Origin: Acholeplasmataceae bacterium | GTDB lineage: Bacteria; Bacillota_I; Bacilli_A; Acholeplasmatales; Acholeplasmataceae | Direction: 5' to 3' | DNA length: 64,000 nucleotides | Assembly (NCBI GenBank): GCA_963675245.1 | Contig: OY775910.1 | Span: forward strand, 1,408,001 to 1,472,000 | In this document: positions 20,129 through 28,604 of the stretch, one piece after another | How positions within the stretch are numbered: the first letter of the stretch is position 1 | Layout: each line of letters opens with the position of its first letter | Position numbers and translations under genes: made by a program | The notes under the pieces: model-generated | The model's input: the letters and a program-made list of their open reading frames with translations, nothing else | What the model was told of the DNA's origin: nothing | Databases searched by the model: none

Positions 20129-20737
20129 TTATAACCAAGTCGTTACTGTATCAGCATCAAGTCTTACTGAAGGATAACCGTCTTCAGCTTTTTTACCGAT
20201 TGATATGATCAATATCGGACGATATCTTTTAGGATCCAACCCTAAACTCTCAGCTAATAGTTCATGTTTAAAACCACCAATAGGGCATGTGTCATAACCG
20301 TATGATCTAGCTACATGCATGAGTTGCATCGCGATCAAACCACCATCTAGCAAACCTGTTTTTTCTAAAGCCGATGGGGTTAGATCATCTGCAAAATTGG
20401 CTATGTTTCTTAGTTGCCTATCTCTGACATCTTCAGGCATTAATCCATGTTCAACTGCTTTATTATAAATCGTTTCTGCATATTCAAATTTCTCTAAGTC
20501 AGTAAACAAACAAATCATCGCTGCTGAAGTTTCTAATTGTGCTTTATTACCATGTAGAACATGTCTTAATTTTTCTTTGGCTTCATGTGATACGACAATA
20601 AAGAAACGTGTTGGTTGCATATTCATAGAAGATGGTGCACGCAAAGTATCATTAATGATAGCGGTCATTTCTTCTTTTGTAATTTTGATGTTTTCATCAT
20701 AAACTCTTATTGATCTTCTTGATATTAATTGATTCAT
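20129..20737 (-). CDS. Nitroreductase family protein
   Basis: SRRSIR, APSSMNMQP, GYDTCPIGGF; start ATG 20737 after GGAGG. Confidence 0.9.
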   Translation of the reverse strand: MNQLISRRSIRVYDENIKITKEEMTAIINDTLRAPSSMNMQPTRFFIVVSHEAKEKLRHVLHGNKAQLETSAAMICLFTDLEKFEYAETIYNKAVEHGLMPEDVRDRQLRNIANFADDLTPSALEKTGLLDGGLIAMQLMHVARSYGYDTCPIGGFKHELLAESLGLDPKRYRPILIISIGKKAEDGYPSVRLDADTVTTWL

Positions 20738-20834
20738 CTTTCTTCCTCCTTTAATCCACAAGAATTATATCACTTTGTGGTAATTAAGAGGAAATAATGT
20801 ACTTATGAATATGCTATAATGTAGGCAAGGTGAA

Positions 20835-21380
20835 ATGATGAGCACAACATTTATATTAGTAAGACATGGCGAACCAAGATATGATGAACTCATGGTTGAT
20901 AATCAATATGGGATCGCTTGGGATTTTGGAAGATTAACTGATGCTGGGATTGAACAAGCTTTAGAAAGAGCTAAAGATCCTCGTTTTTCAGATGCTGATT
21001 TGATTCTTTCATCTCCTTATACGAGATCTCTTGAAACTGCAGCAATCATCGCGTCTAAAACAGGATTAAGCGTTCGCGTGGAAACGAATCTACATGAATG
21101 GTCTCCTGATTTAACATTCAATTATCGATTTGGTCGTGAAAAAGAAGATGAAATCAAAGCCGTCATGGATGAATATTTTACTCATAAAGGGGAAAGACCA
21201 GTAGATTCTAAGCTTCAATGGGAATCTATTTCTAATGTTAGAAAACGTGTGATGGACGTTTTAAATAATTATTTATCCTATCAAAAAGTGATTGTTGTTT
21301 GTCATGGAATCGTGATGAATTCAGTCACCGAATTTAATGATAAAGTACCATTTTGTGGTGTTAGGGAAATTCAGATATAA
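20835..21380 (+). CDS. Histidine phosphatase family protein
   Basis: LVRHG, SSPYTRS, VCHG motifs. Confidence 0.88.
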   Translation: MMSTTFILVRHGEPRYDELMVDNQYGIAWDFGRLTDAGIEQALERAKDPRFSDADLILSSPYTRSLETAAIIASKTGLSVRVETNLHEWSPDLTFNYRFGREKEDEIKAVMDEYFTHKGERPVDSKLQWESISNVRKRVMDVLNNYLSYQKVIVVCHGIVMNSVTEFNDKVPFCGVREIQI

Positions 21381-22390
21381 TGCAAACAAAAAAACTAGAA
21401 CAATGGTATTTAAAAAATCATACGGCTTTCCCATTTAGACTAACGAAAGATCCATATCATATATGGGTTTCTGAAATTATGCTTCAACAAACACAACTAG
21501 AAACGGTAATTCCATATTACGAACGATTCATCAAATTATATCCTGATGTTTATCAACTTGCAAATGCAACAGATGATGCATTAAAGAAAGCTGTCGAAGG
21601 GATAGGTTATTATCGTAGATTTGCTTTAATGAAAAAAGCTGCGAACATGATTGTTAAGACATTTGATGGTGTTTTTCCAAAAACGTATGAAGAAGTTATC
21701 AGTTTACCTGGTATTGGTTTATATACAGCAGGTGCGATTATGTCTATTGCTTATAATAAACCTTATGGTGCAGTAGATGGTAATGTAATTCGTATTTTAT
21801 CTAGGCAATTAAACATTCAAGCTGATATGCGTATAGAGAAGAATAAAGATCTGATTAGAAATATCAATCAAGCATTAATTGAACATACACATCCAAAAAT
21901 CTATACACAAAGTTTGATGGATTTAGGTAGAATGATATGTACACCAAAACAACCAAAATGTGAATCATGTCCAATTGCAGAAACGTGTCAAGCTTATGCG
22001 TTAAGCATTCAAAATGAACTTCCGTTTATGTCCAAAAAGAGTGCTGTAAAAGACATTCATTATGTTGTCCTAGTGATTCATACAAAAGATGGTCTCATTC
22101 TAAGGAAACGAACAGAATCGTTATTAGAAGGTATGTATGAATATCCTCAATTTGAGGGTGAGAGCATTCAATTTATTATTGATATGCTAGATGAAAAACA
22201 AATTATGATTGATGTTTTAAGTGATGAAATACTGAAAACTCATATATTTACACATCAAAAGTGGTTTATGCATATATATGAATGTCGTTTAATTGGTAAT
22301 CACATGGATGATTCATGGCAAGTTTTTGATGAATCAATCATTCAAACGTTACCGATGGCAACGGCACATAAAAAAGTAAGAGGAATATAA
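21380..22390 (+). CDS. mutY: A/G-specific adenine glycosylase
   Basis: WVSEIMLQQT, HhH LPGIGLYTA, VDGNV, 4Fe-4S CxxxxxxCxxCxxxxxC. Confidence 0.93.
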   Translation: MQTKKLEQWYLKNHTAFPFRLTKDPYHIWVSEIMLQQTQLETVIPYYERFIKLYPDVYQLANATDDALKKAVEGIGYYRRFALMKKAANMIVKTFDGVFPKTYEEVISLPGIGLYTAGAIMSIAYNKPYGAVDGNVIRILSRQLNIQADMRIEKNKDLIRNINQALIEHTHPKIYTQSLMDLGRMICTPKQPKCESCPIAETCQAYALSIQNELPFMSKKSAVKDIHYVVLVIHTKDGLILRKRTESLLEGMYEYPQFEGESIQFIIDMLDEKQIMIDVLSDEILKTHIFTHQKWFMHIYECRLIGNHMDDSWQVFDESIIQTLPMATAHKKVRGI

Positions 22391-22392
22391 CT

Positions 22393-23412
22393 ATGACAAA
22401 TATCGAAATTACAAATGTTGAAACGAGTGTTGGTAAAGTTAAATTAATAACACTTAAAACGAAAAAATTAGAAGTTGTCTTATCATCTTATGGGGCTGGT
22501 ATTTTTAAATTAATATACGATGGTAAAAGTATCGCAACCACACCAGAAAAGTTAGAAGATTATTTAACATCAAAAGCGTATTATGGCAAAACGATTGGAA
22601 GACATAGTGGTCGACTTTTTGGACCTAACTACGATATTGATGGAGATGTTTTTGATGTTCAAGCAGATGAAAATGAAATAAGTCAGCTTCATGGCGGTAA
22701 AACTAGTTTGGCTTTTCAACATTTCACATTAACTGGTTATGAGAGAATGGGGGATGCAACGAGCGTAACATTTCAATGTATCACAACCAATGATGGGTTT
22801 CCAGGTAAACTAAAATTAGATGTCACTTATGAAGTCACTAAAGATGATGCCCTTATGATCAGTTACCACGGTTCTTCAACCGCACCAACGATTTGTAATA
22901 TTACAAACCACATATATTTAAATGTTGGACATCCAGAGAGTATACTAGATCAATCATTATATTTGGATAGTGATTATTATCTTGATATAGAAACTTCCTA
23001 TCGTCTTAAAAGTATTAAACAAACAGTTAATACACCATATGATTTTAGATTACCTAAACGATTAGCATCTAGTATCTATCTTGTTAAACAACCTGATATT
23101 GCTGGTTATGATAATTGCTTCTTATTAAATAAACATGATGATCAAGAAGCCATATTTAGATTAGCAAATGAAATATCTAATTTAACAGTTGATGTATTCA
23201 CTGATTATCCTAGTGTCGTGGTGTATACGCATAATCATCCTGCACTTGTCAAACTAGAAAATGTTTCAACAAATGGTGTCCATTCAAGCGTGACAGCTGA
23301 ATGTCAATATCCACCAGATGGCATTCATAACGAACATTTAGATAGTGGCATATTAAGACCTAGAGAAGTATTTAAAAAATTCATTAAAATTAAACCTTAT
23401 TATAAAAAATAA
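22393..23412 (+). CDS. galM: Aldose 1-epimerase (mutarotase) family
   Basis: GKTIGR, LHGG, GFPG, NITNHIY, GYDNCF motifs. Confidence 0.8.
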   Translation: MTNIEITNVETSVGKVKLITLKTKKLEVVLSSYGAGIFKLIYDGKSIATTPEKLEDYLTSKAYYGKTIGRHSGRLFGPNYDIDGDVFDVQADENEISQLHGGKTSLAFQHFTLTGYERMGDATSVTFQCITTNDGFPGKLKLDVTYEVTKDDALMISYHGSSTAPTICNITNHIYLNVGHPESILDQSLYLDSDYYLDIETSYRLKSIKQTVNTPYDFRLPKRLASSIYLVKQPDIAGYDNCFLLNKHDDQEAIFRLANEISNLTVDVFTDYPSVVVYTHNHPALVKLENVSTNGVHSSVTAECQYPPDGIHNEHLDSGILRPREVFKKFIKIKPYYKK

Positions 23413-23436
23413 TGGAGACTTAAATCTCCATTATTT
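23407..23436. terminator. Bidirectional terminator overlapping both stop codons
   Basis: AAATAATGGAGA / TCTCCATTATTT inverted repeat. Confidence 0.65.
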
Positions 23437-23899
23437 CTTTAAAGTAAGTATTTTGATTTAATAATCGATAGATAGGATATCCGACGATATATAAGACTGC
23501 AGCTTCACCAAGACCGACTTGTAAAGCAGATAACCAGTATGGTAAGTCTAAGAAGTAATAGAGCATGGCTGCTATCACAAAGGCATTAATAATGACAGGG
23601 AATATAAGTGCAATCAATGGTTTCTTTCTTGTTAGTATCATTGGGATTAGCGCAATGATGGTTGCAAGTGTGCCAAATAATACATCAACAATCGATATTG
23701 TTGAAAATAGATTAGCCACCAAAGTACCAATGACTATACCTATCGCATGTCTGGGATTGAAAAAGACTAGAATAAGTAAAACTTCTGCAATTCTAAATTG
23801 CCAATTACCAAAACTCATAAACTGAAATGCATACACTAAGACGACATAAATCGTTGCAATCATCGCTTCAAAGATGATCAATTTTAAATCTTTATTCAT
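23420..23899 (-). CDS. queT: QueT family queuosine-precursor ECF transporter S component
   Basis: AMIATIYVVL, SFGNWQFRIAE, VGLGE motifs; preQ1 riboswitch upstream; tgt adjacent. Confidence 0.88.
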   Translation of the reverse strand: MNKDLKLIIFEAMIATIYVVLVYAFQFMSFGNWQFRIAEVLLILVFFNPRHAIGIVIGTLVANLFSTISIVDVLFGTLATIIALIPMILTRKKPLIALIFPVIINAFVIAAMLYYFLDLPYWLSALQVGLGEAAVLYIVGYPIYRLLNQNTYFKEIMEI

Positions 23900-23904
23900 A
23901 AAAA

Positions 23905-23946
23905 AGCTCCTTGTTTTTTTAAGCTGGTTTCCTAGGATACAGCTTT
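23905..23946 (-). promoter_or_regulatory. preQ1 class I riboswitch (probably translational)
   Basis: Minus strand AGCTG-TATCCTAGGAAAC-CAGCT stem-loop then TAAAAAAACAAGGAG A-rich tail running into the queT SD. Confidence 0.8.
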
Positions 23947-24000
23947 TTGTTTTTACCGGTCTATTCTACCAAAAACGTGCTATAATTACAATACAAAGGA

Positions 24001-25125
24001 ATGATAGAATTGAGTATTAAATTTGAAGTGTTACATACATGTAAACAAACAGGTGCAAGACTTGGTCGATTAACGACACCACATGGTGTATTTGAAACAC
24101 CTATTTTTATGCCAGTGGGGACACAAGCAACCGTTAAAACATTAGAGCCGAGTGAAATAAAAGAAGTGTCAGAAGGTCTCATTTTAGGAAACACCTATCA
24201 TCTTTGGTTACAACCAGGTGAAGAGATTGTTAAAGATCATGGTGGGATAAGAGGGTTCATGGATTGGGATGGTGCATTATTAACCGATAGTGGTGGTTTC
24301 CAAGTATTTTCTCTTACTGATATGAGAAAAATTACAGAAGAAGGTGTCTATTTCAAGCATCATAAAAATGGCTCTTCATTATTTTTATCACCAGAAATCG
24401 CGATTCGTATTCAAGAGAGTCTTGGTGCGGATATCATCATGAGTTTTGATGAATGTCCACCTCCTTATGCAGAATTTGATTATATGAAGGACAGCGTAGA
24501 GCGTACATTGCGTTGGGCTAAAAGAGGAAAAGAAGCACTTTCTACTGATCAAGCACTTTTTGGTATTGTACAAGGTGGATTAAATAAAGATTTAAGAAAA
24601 TATAGTGCTGAAGAACTCATCAAAATGGATTTTTCAGGGTACTCTATTGGTGGACTATCCGTTGGTGAAAAAAAACATGAAATGTATGAGATTACCAACT
24701 ATTTAAATAATATATTACCATCCGATAAACCACGCTACTTAATGGGTGTTGGTGCACCAGATGATTTGATAGAAAATGTCATGAATGGGATTGATATGTT
24801 TGATTGTGTTTTACCGACAAGAGTCGCTAGACATGGTACGGCTTTAACCACTGAGGGTAAAGTAGTGATTAAAAATCAAACGTATGAAAAAGATTATCGT
24901 CCACTAGATTTAAATCTAGAAACGAAGGTTTCGAGATATTCAAGAAGTTACATTCGTCATTTATTTAAAGCGAATGAAATGTTAGGTATGCGCTTAGTGA
25001 CCTATCAAAACCTAGCTTATCTCAAACATTTGATGGCTGAAATAAGACAAGCTATTAAAGAAGATCGCTTAGGTGATTACTATCAAGAAATGAAGAAAAA
25101 GACGAATTATTTTAAATCACGATAA
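24001..25125 (+). CDS. tgt: tRNA-guanine(34) transglycosylase
   Basis: [35 protein letters not shown]; true start may be TTG 24010. Confidence 0.95.
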   Translation: MIELSIKFEVLHTCKQTGARLGRLTTPHGVFETPIFMPVGTQATVKTLEPSEIKEVSEGLILGNTYHLWLQPGEEIVKDHGGIRGFMDWDGALLTDSGGFQVFSLTDMRKITEEGVYFKHHKNGSSLFLSPEIAIRIQESLGADIIMSFDECPPPYAEFDYMKDSVERTLRWAKRGKEALSTDQALFGIVQGGLNKDLRKYSAEELIKMDFSGYSIGGLSVGEKKHEMYEITNYLNNILPSDKPRYLMGVGAPDDLIENVMNGIDMFDCVLPTRVARHGTALTTEGKVVIKNQTYEKDYRPLDLNLETKVSRYSRSYIRHLFKANEMLGMRLVTYQNLAYLKHLMAEIRQAIKEDRLGDYYQEMKKKTNYFKSR

Positions 25126-25186
25126 ATGTCTTTATTTTAATGTATATTTCGTGTAAAATAGAGTTAGTTAACCGAGGAGGGATTAT

Positions 25187-26329
25187 ATGGTATTCGGCGA
25201 ATCTGATAACTTTAATCAAAAACCAATCATCAAAGTCATCGGTGTTGGCGGCGGTGGCGGTAATGCCATCAATAGAATGATCGAAAACGACGTAAAAGGC
25301 GTTTCTTTTGTCGCGATAAATACAGATGCTCAAGTACTTAAAGTTTCAAAGGCTGATACAAGAGTCCAAATTGGTAAATATTTAACACGTGGATTAGGTG
25401 CTGGAGCAAAAGCTGAAGTAGGTAAAGAAGCTGCTTTAGAATCTATTACCGAGATTGAAGAAGTACTATCAGATGCAGATATGGTCTTCATTACAGCTGG
25501 CATGGGTGGCGGTACGGGTACAGGTGCAGCACCAATCATTGCGCAAAAAGCAAAAGAACTTGGTTGTTTAACGATTGGAATTGTGACTAAACCATTCGCG
25601 TTTGAAGGACCTGCTAGAATGCAAGCAGCCGTTTATGGTTTAGAAGAACTTAAACCACACGTTGATACCTTAATCGTTATTCCAAATGAACGTTTATTAG
25701 CAATCTCTGGACCAACAACACAATTATTAGATGCCTTTAGAGAATCTGATAATGTCTTACGTCAAGGTGTTCAGGGTATTGCTGAAATTATTGCTATTCC
25801 TGGGTTGATCAATGTTGACTTTGCGGATGTAAAAACCGTGATGGAAAACAAGGGTACTGCATTAATGGGTATCGGTATTGCATCAGGTGAAGATAGAGAG
25901 ATTGAAGCGGCTAGAAAAGCAATTCACTCTAAATTATTGGAAGTATCAATTGATGGTGCGACAGATGCAATTGTTAATATCACATCGGGAACAAATATTA
26001 CACTTTTTGAAACAGAACGTGCATTAAATGAAATTAGAAATGCAACAGATCACAGTTTAAATATTATTTACGGTACAACCGTTAATGCAGATTTAGAAGA
26101 TGAAATGATTGTGACGGTTATCGCAACAGGATATGAACTAAAAGCAAAAGGTTCAACAGTTGAAAATCTCGCGTCTGAAATCTTTAATAAGACATCTGAT
26201 GAGCAAATGACATTAACAAAACAAGGTCTTAAACAATCTGAAGATGATGTTTTAGAAGACGGTATTGTTGATGAACAACCAAAAAAACGCAATGTACCTA
26301 CGTGGTTATTAAAGAAAAACAAATTTTAA
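25187..26329 (+). CDS. ftsZ: Cell division protein FtsZ
   Basis: [18 protein letters not shown] signature, NVDFAD, C-terminal VPTWL. Confidence 0.97.
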   Translation: MVFGESDNFNQKPIIKVIGVGGGGGNAINRMIENDVKGVSFVAINTDAQVLKVSKADTRVQIGKYLTRGLGAGAKAEVGKEAALESITEIEEVLSDADMVFITAGMGGGTGTGAAPIIAQKAKELGCLTIGIVTKPFAFEGPARMQAAVYGLEELKPHVDTLIVIPNERLLAISGPTTQLLDAFRESDNVLRQGVQGIAEIIAIPGLINVDFADVKTVMENKGTALMGIGIASGEDREIEAARKAIHSKLLEVSIDGATDAIVNITSGTNITLFETERALNEIRNATDHSLNIIYGTTVNADLEDEMIVTVIATGYELKAKGSTVENLASEIFNKTSDEQMTLTKQGLKQSEDDVLEDGIVDEQPKKRNVPTWLLKKNKF

Positions 26330-26365
26330 AAGGCGTAAGCCTTTTTTATTGAAAGGATGAATGCC

Positions 26366-27463
26366 ATGTTGAAAGCAGGCATTGTTGGTTTACCAAATGT
26401 TGGTAAATCCACATTATTTAATGCCATCACCAAAGCAGAAGCTTTAGCTGCAAACTATCCGTTTGCGACAATTGAACCTAATGTTGGTGTGGTGTATGTT
26501 CAAGATGAAAGACTTGATGTATTAGAAAAGATTTATAAACCAAAAAAAGTAGTACCTACCGCATATCAATTTATTGATATTGCAGGTCTTGTTAAAGGTG
26601 CTTCAAAAGGTGAAGGTTTAGGGAATCAATTTTTATCACATATTAGAGAAGTAGATGCAATTTGTCAGGTGATTCGTTGTTTTGTTGATGAAAATATTAC
26701 ACATGTGGATGGTAGTATTGATCCTATTCGTGATATCGAAACGATTCAACTTGAACTTAATTTAGCAGATATGGATTCAATTGATAAGAGACTTGCCAAA
26801 CTTCAAAAAAAAGTAAAAGCCAAAGCACCTGACTCTAAAGAAGAATATGATGTATTAAAACGTATTAAAGAAGCTTTGGATCAAGATGGGAATCCTAGAT
26901 TATTATCATTTACAAAAGATGAAGAAAAACTTGTTAAGAGTTTTAATTTGTTGTCATTAAAACCAATGATCTATATTGCAAATATAGCTGAAGATGATTT
27001 AATAGATCACACACAAAATACGTTTTATAAGCAATTAGTAGATTATGCTGAATCGACTGAAACGAAGCTTGTCTTCATTTCTGCGCAAGTTGAAATGGAA
27101 ATTGCAGCATTAAATCCTGAAGAACAAGTCTCGTTCTTAGATGCATATGGGATGACAAAATCAGGTTTGAATGAAGTCATTGAACAAAGTTATGATCTTC
27201 TTGGCTTGCAAACGTATTTCACAGCAGGAGAACCTGAAGCAAGAGCTTGGACATTTAAAAAAGGTATGAAAGCACCTGAATGTGCAGGTATCATTCATAG
27301 TGATTTTGAAAGAGGCTTTATTAAAGCAGAAACACTATCTTATGACGATTTGATTAAATACGGATCACCTCAAGCTGCTAAAGAGGCTGGTCGTGTACGT
27401 CTTGAAGGTAAAGATTATGTCGTCCAAGATGGCGATATTATGCTATTTAGGTTTAACGTATGA
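26366..27463 (+). CDS. ychF: Redox-regulated ATPase YchF
   Basis: GLPNVGKST, NYPFATIEPN, DIAGLV, FRFNV end; start 26366 (or 26357). Confidence 0.95.
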   Translation: MLKAGIVGLPNVGKSTLFNAITKAEALAANYPFATIEPNVGVVYVQDERLDVLEKIYKPKKVVPTAYQFIDIAGLVKGASKGEGLGNQFLSHIREVDAICQVIRCFVDENITHVDGSIDPIRDIETIQLELNLADMDSIDKRLAKLQKKVKAKAPDSKEEYDVLKRIKEALDQDGNPRLLSFTKDEEKLVKSFNLLSLKPMIYIANIAEDDLIDHTQNTFYKQLVDYAESTETKLVFISAQVEMEIAALNPEEQVSFLDAYGMTKSGLNEVIEQSYDLLGLQTYFTAGEPEARAWTFKKGMKAPECAGIIHSDFERGFIKAETLSYDDLIKYGSPQAAKEAGRVRLEGKDYVVQDGDIMLFRFNV

Positions 27464-28050
27464 TGTTTCCAAACTATCACGAAACAATTATTTGTGCATC
27501 TAAATATTTTAGTGCTGAAGAGATTAAGCATTTTTATAAGTTAGGTTATCGTGATTTTGGTGAGAACAGAGTGAATGATTTTCTAGCTAAAAAATCTTTA
27601 TTAAGAGATCTAGATGTCTCATGGCATTTTATAGGTCACTTACAGACAAATAAAGTGAAAAAAGTAATTAATGAAATTGATTATTTGCATACATTAGATT
27701 CACTTCATTTAGCGGAAGCAATTCAAACGTTAAGAAACACACCATTATCCTGCTTTATTCAATTGAATTTAACGGAAGAGCCGCAAAAAAGTGGTGTTTT
27801 ACTATCAAATTTAGGTCATTTCATGAATGAAATGAAAAAATATGATAAAATAAAGCCAGTCGGTTTTATGACTATGGGTAAGCTAGATGATACCGTTGAG
27901 ACAGAACGTGTATTCATACTTTTAGATGAATTAGCGAATCAATATCACTTACCTTTTAAATCAATGGGTATGTCCGACGATTATGAACTAGCCATTAAGC
28001 ATCATACAACACATCTTAGAATTGGTAGAAAATTTAAAGAATTACTCTAA
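27460..28050 (+). CDS. yggS: YggS/PLPBP pyridoxal phosphate homeostasis protein
   Basis: ASKY, FGENRV, WHFIGHLQTNK, SMGMSDDY. Confidence 0.9.
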   Translation: MMFPNYHETIICASKYFSAEEIKHFYKLGYRDFGENRVNDFLAKKSLLRDLDVSWHFIGHLQTNKVKKVINEIDYLHTLDSLHLAEAIQTLRNTPLSCFIQLNLTEEPQKSGVLLSNLGHFMNEMKKYDKIKPVGFMTMGKLDDTVETERVFILLDELANQYHLPFKSMGMSDDYELAIKHHTTHLRIGRKFKELL

Positions 28051-28061
28051 GAGGAGGCATT

Positions 28062-28394
28062 ATGGGACTTTTTAGCAAAAAGAAAAAATCTGATCAAACT
28101 ACTGAACCAGACATGACGACCTATGATCGCCTAATCTTCGAGAAATTAGAATCGGATGATGATCATTATTTGATTGGTTTAGTTGAAAAAATGATGAAAG
28201 GTTCACCACTCATTTTAAACTTTGACTTATTAAACATCGATCAAGCAAATAAAGTAATTGCCTTTTTATCTGGTGTCGTATATGCGATTAAAGGTGAGAT
28301 AGTGCATATCCAAGAAAAAGTATTTCTTTTTGCCAATCAAGACGTTTATAAAGATGGTACGATTGAGGAGTTTTTAAAAGAAATTGTCGAATAA
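28062..28394 (+). CDS. sepF: Cell division protein SepF
   Basis: ILNF..VIAFLSGVVYAIKGEI core; position after yggS. Confidence 0.85.
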   Translation: MGLFSKKKKSDQTTEPDMTTYDRLIFEKLESDDDHYLIGLVEKMMKGSPLILNFDLLNIDQANKVIAFLSGVVYAIKGEIVHIQEKVFLFANQDVYKDGTIEEFLKEIVE

Positions 28395-28402
28395 ATGAAT
28401 AT

Positions 28403-28590
28403 TGTGATGAAGAGAACACATAGATGTGTAAAAGTTTAAAGCGAGTTGGAGATGGTGTAAGTCCAGCAACATAATAAACAAGCTATATCACCTCGGAGCA
28501 AATGATATAATGAGGGCTAAGCAACGCTTAGAACTAAGGTGGTACCGCGGATACATATTCGTCCTTAGCATTGACTAAGGACTTTTTATT
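28403..28590 (+). promoter_or_regulatory. T-box riboswitch, Ile specifier (ATC 28487-28489)
   Basis: GA motif, AGCGA box, GGTGTAA loop, T-box AAGGTGGTACCGCG, terminator GTCCTTAG/CTAAGGAC plus T run; upstream of ileS. Confidence 0.93.
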
Positions 28591-28604
28591 TTTTAGGAGG
28601 AATT

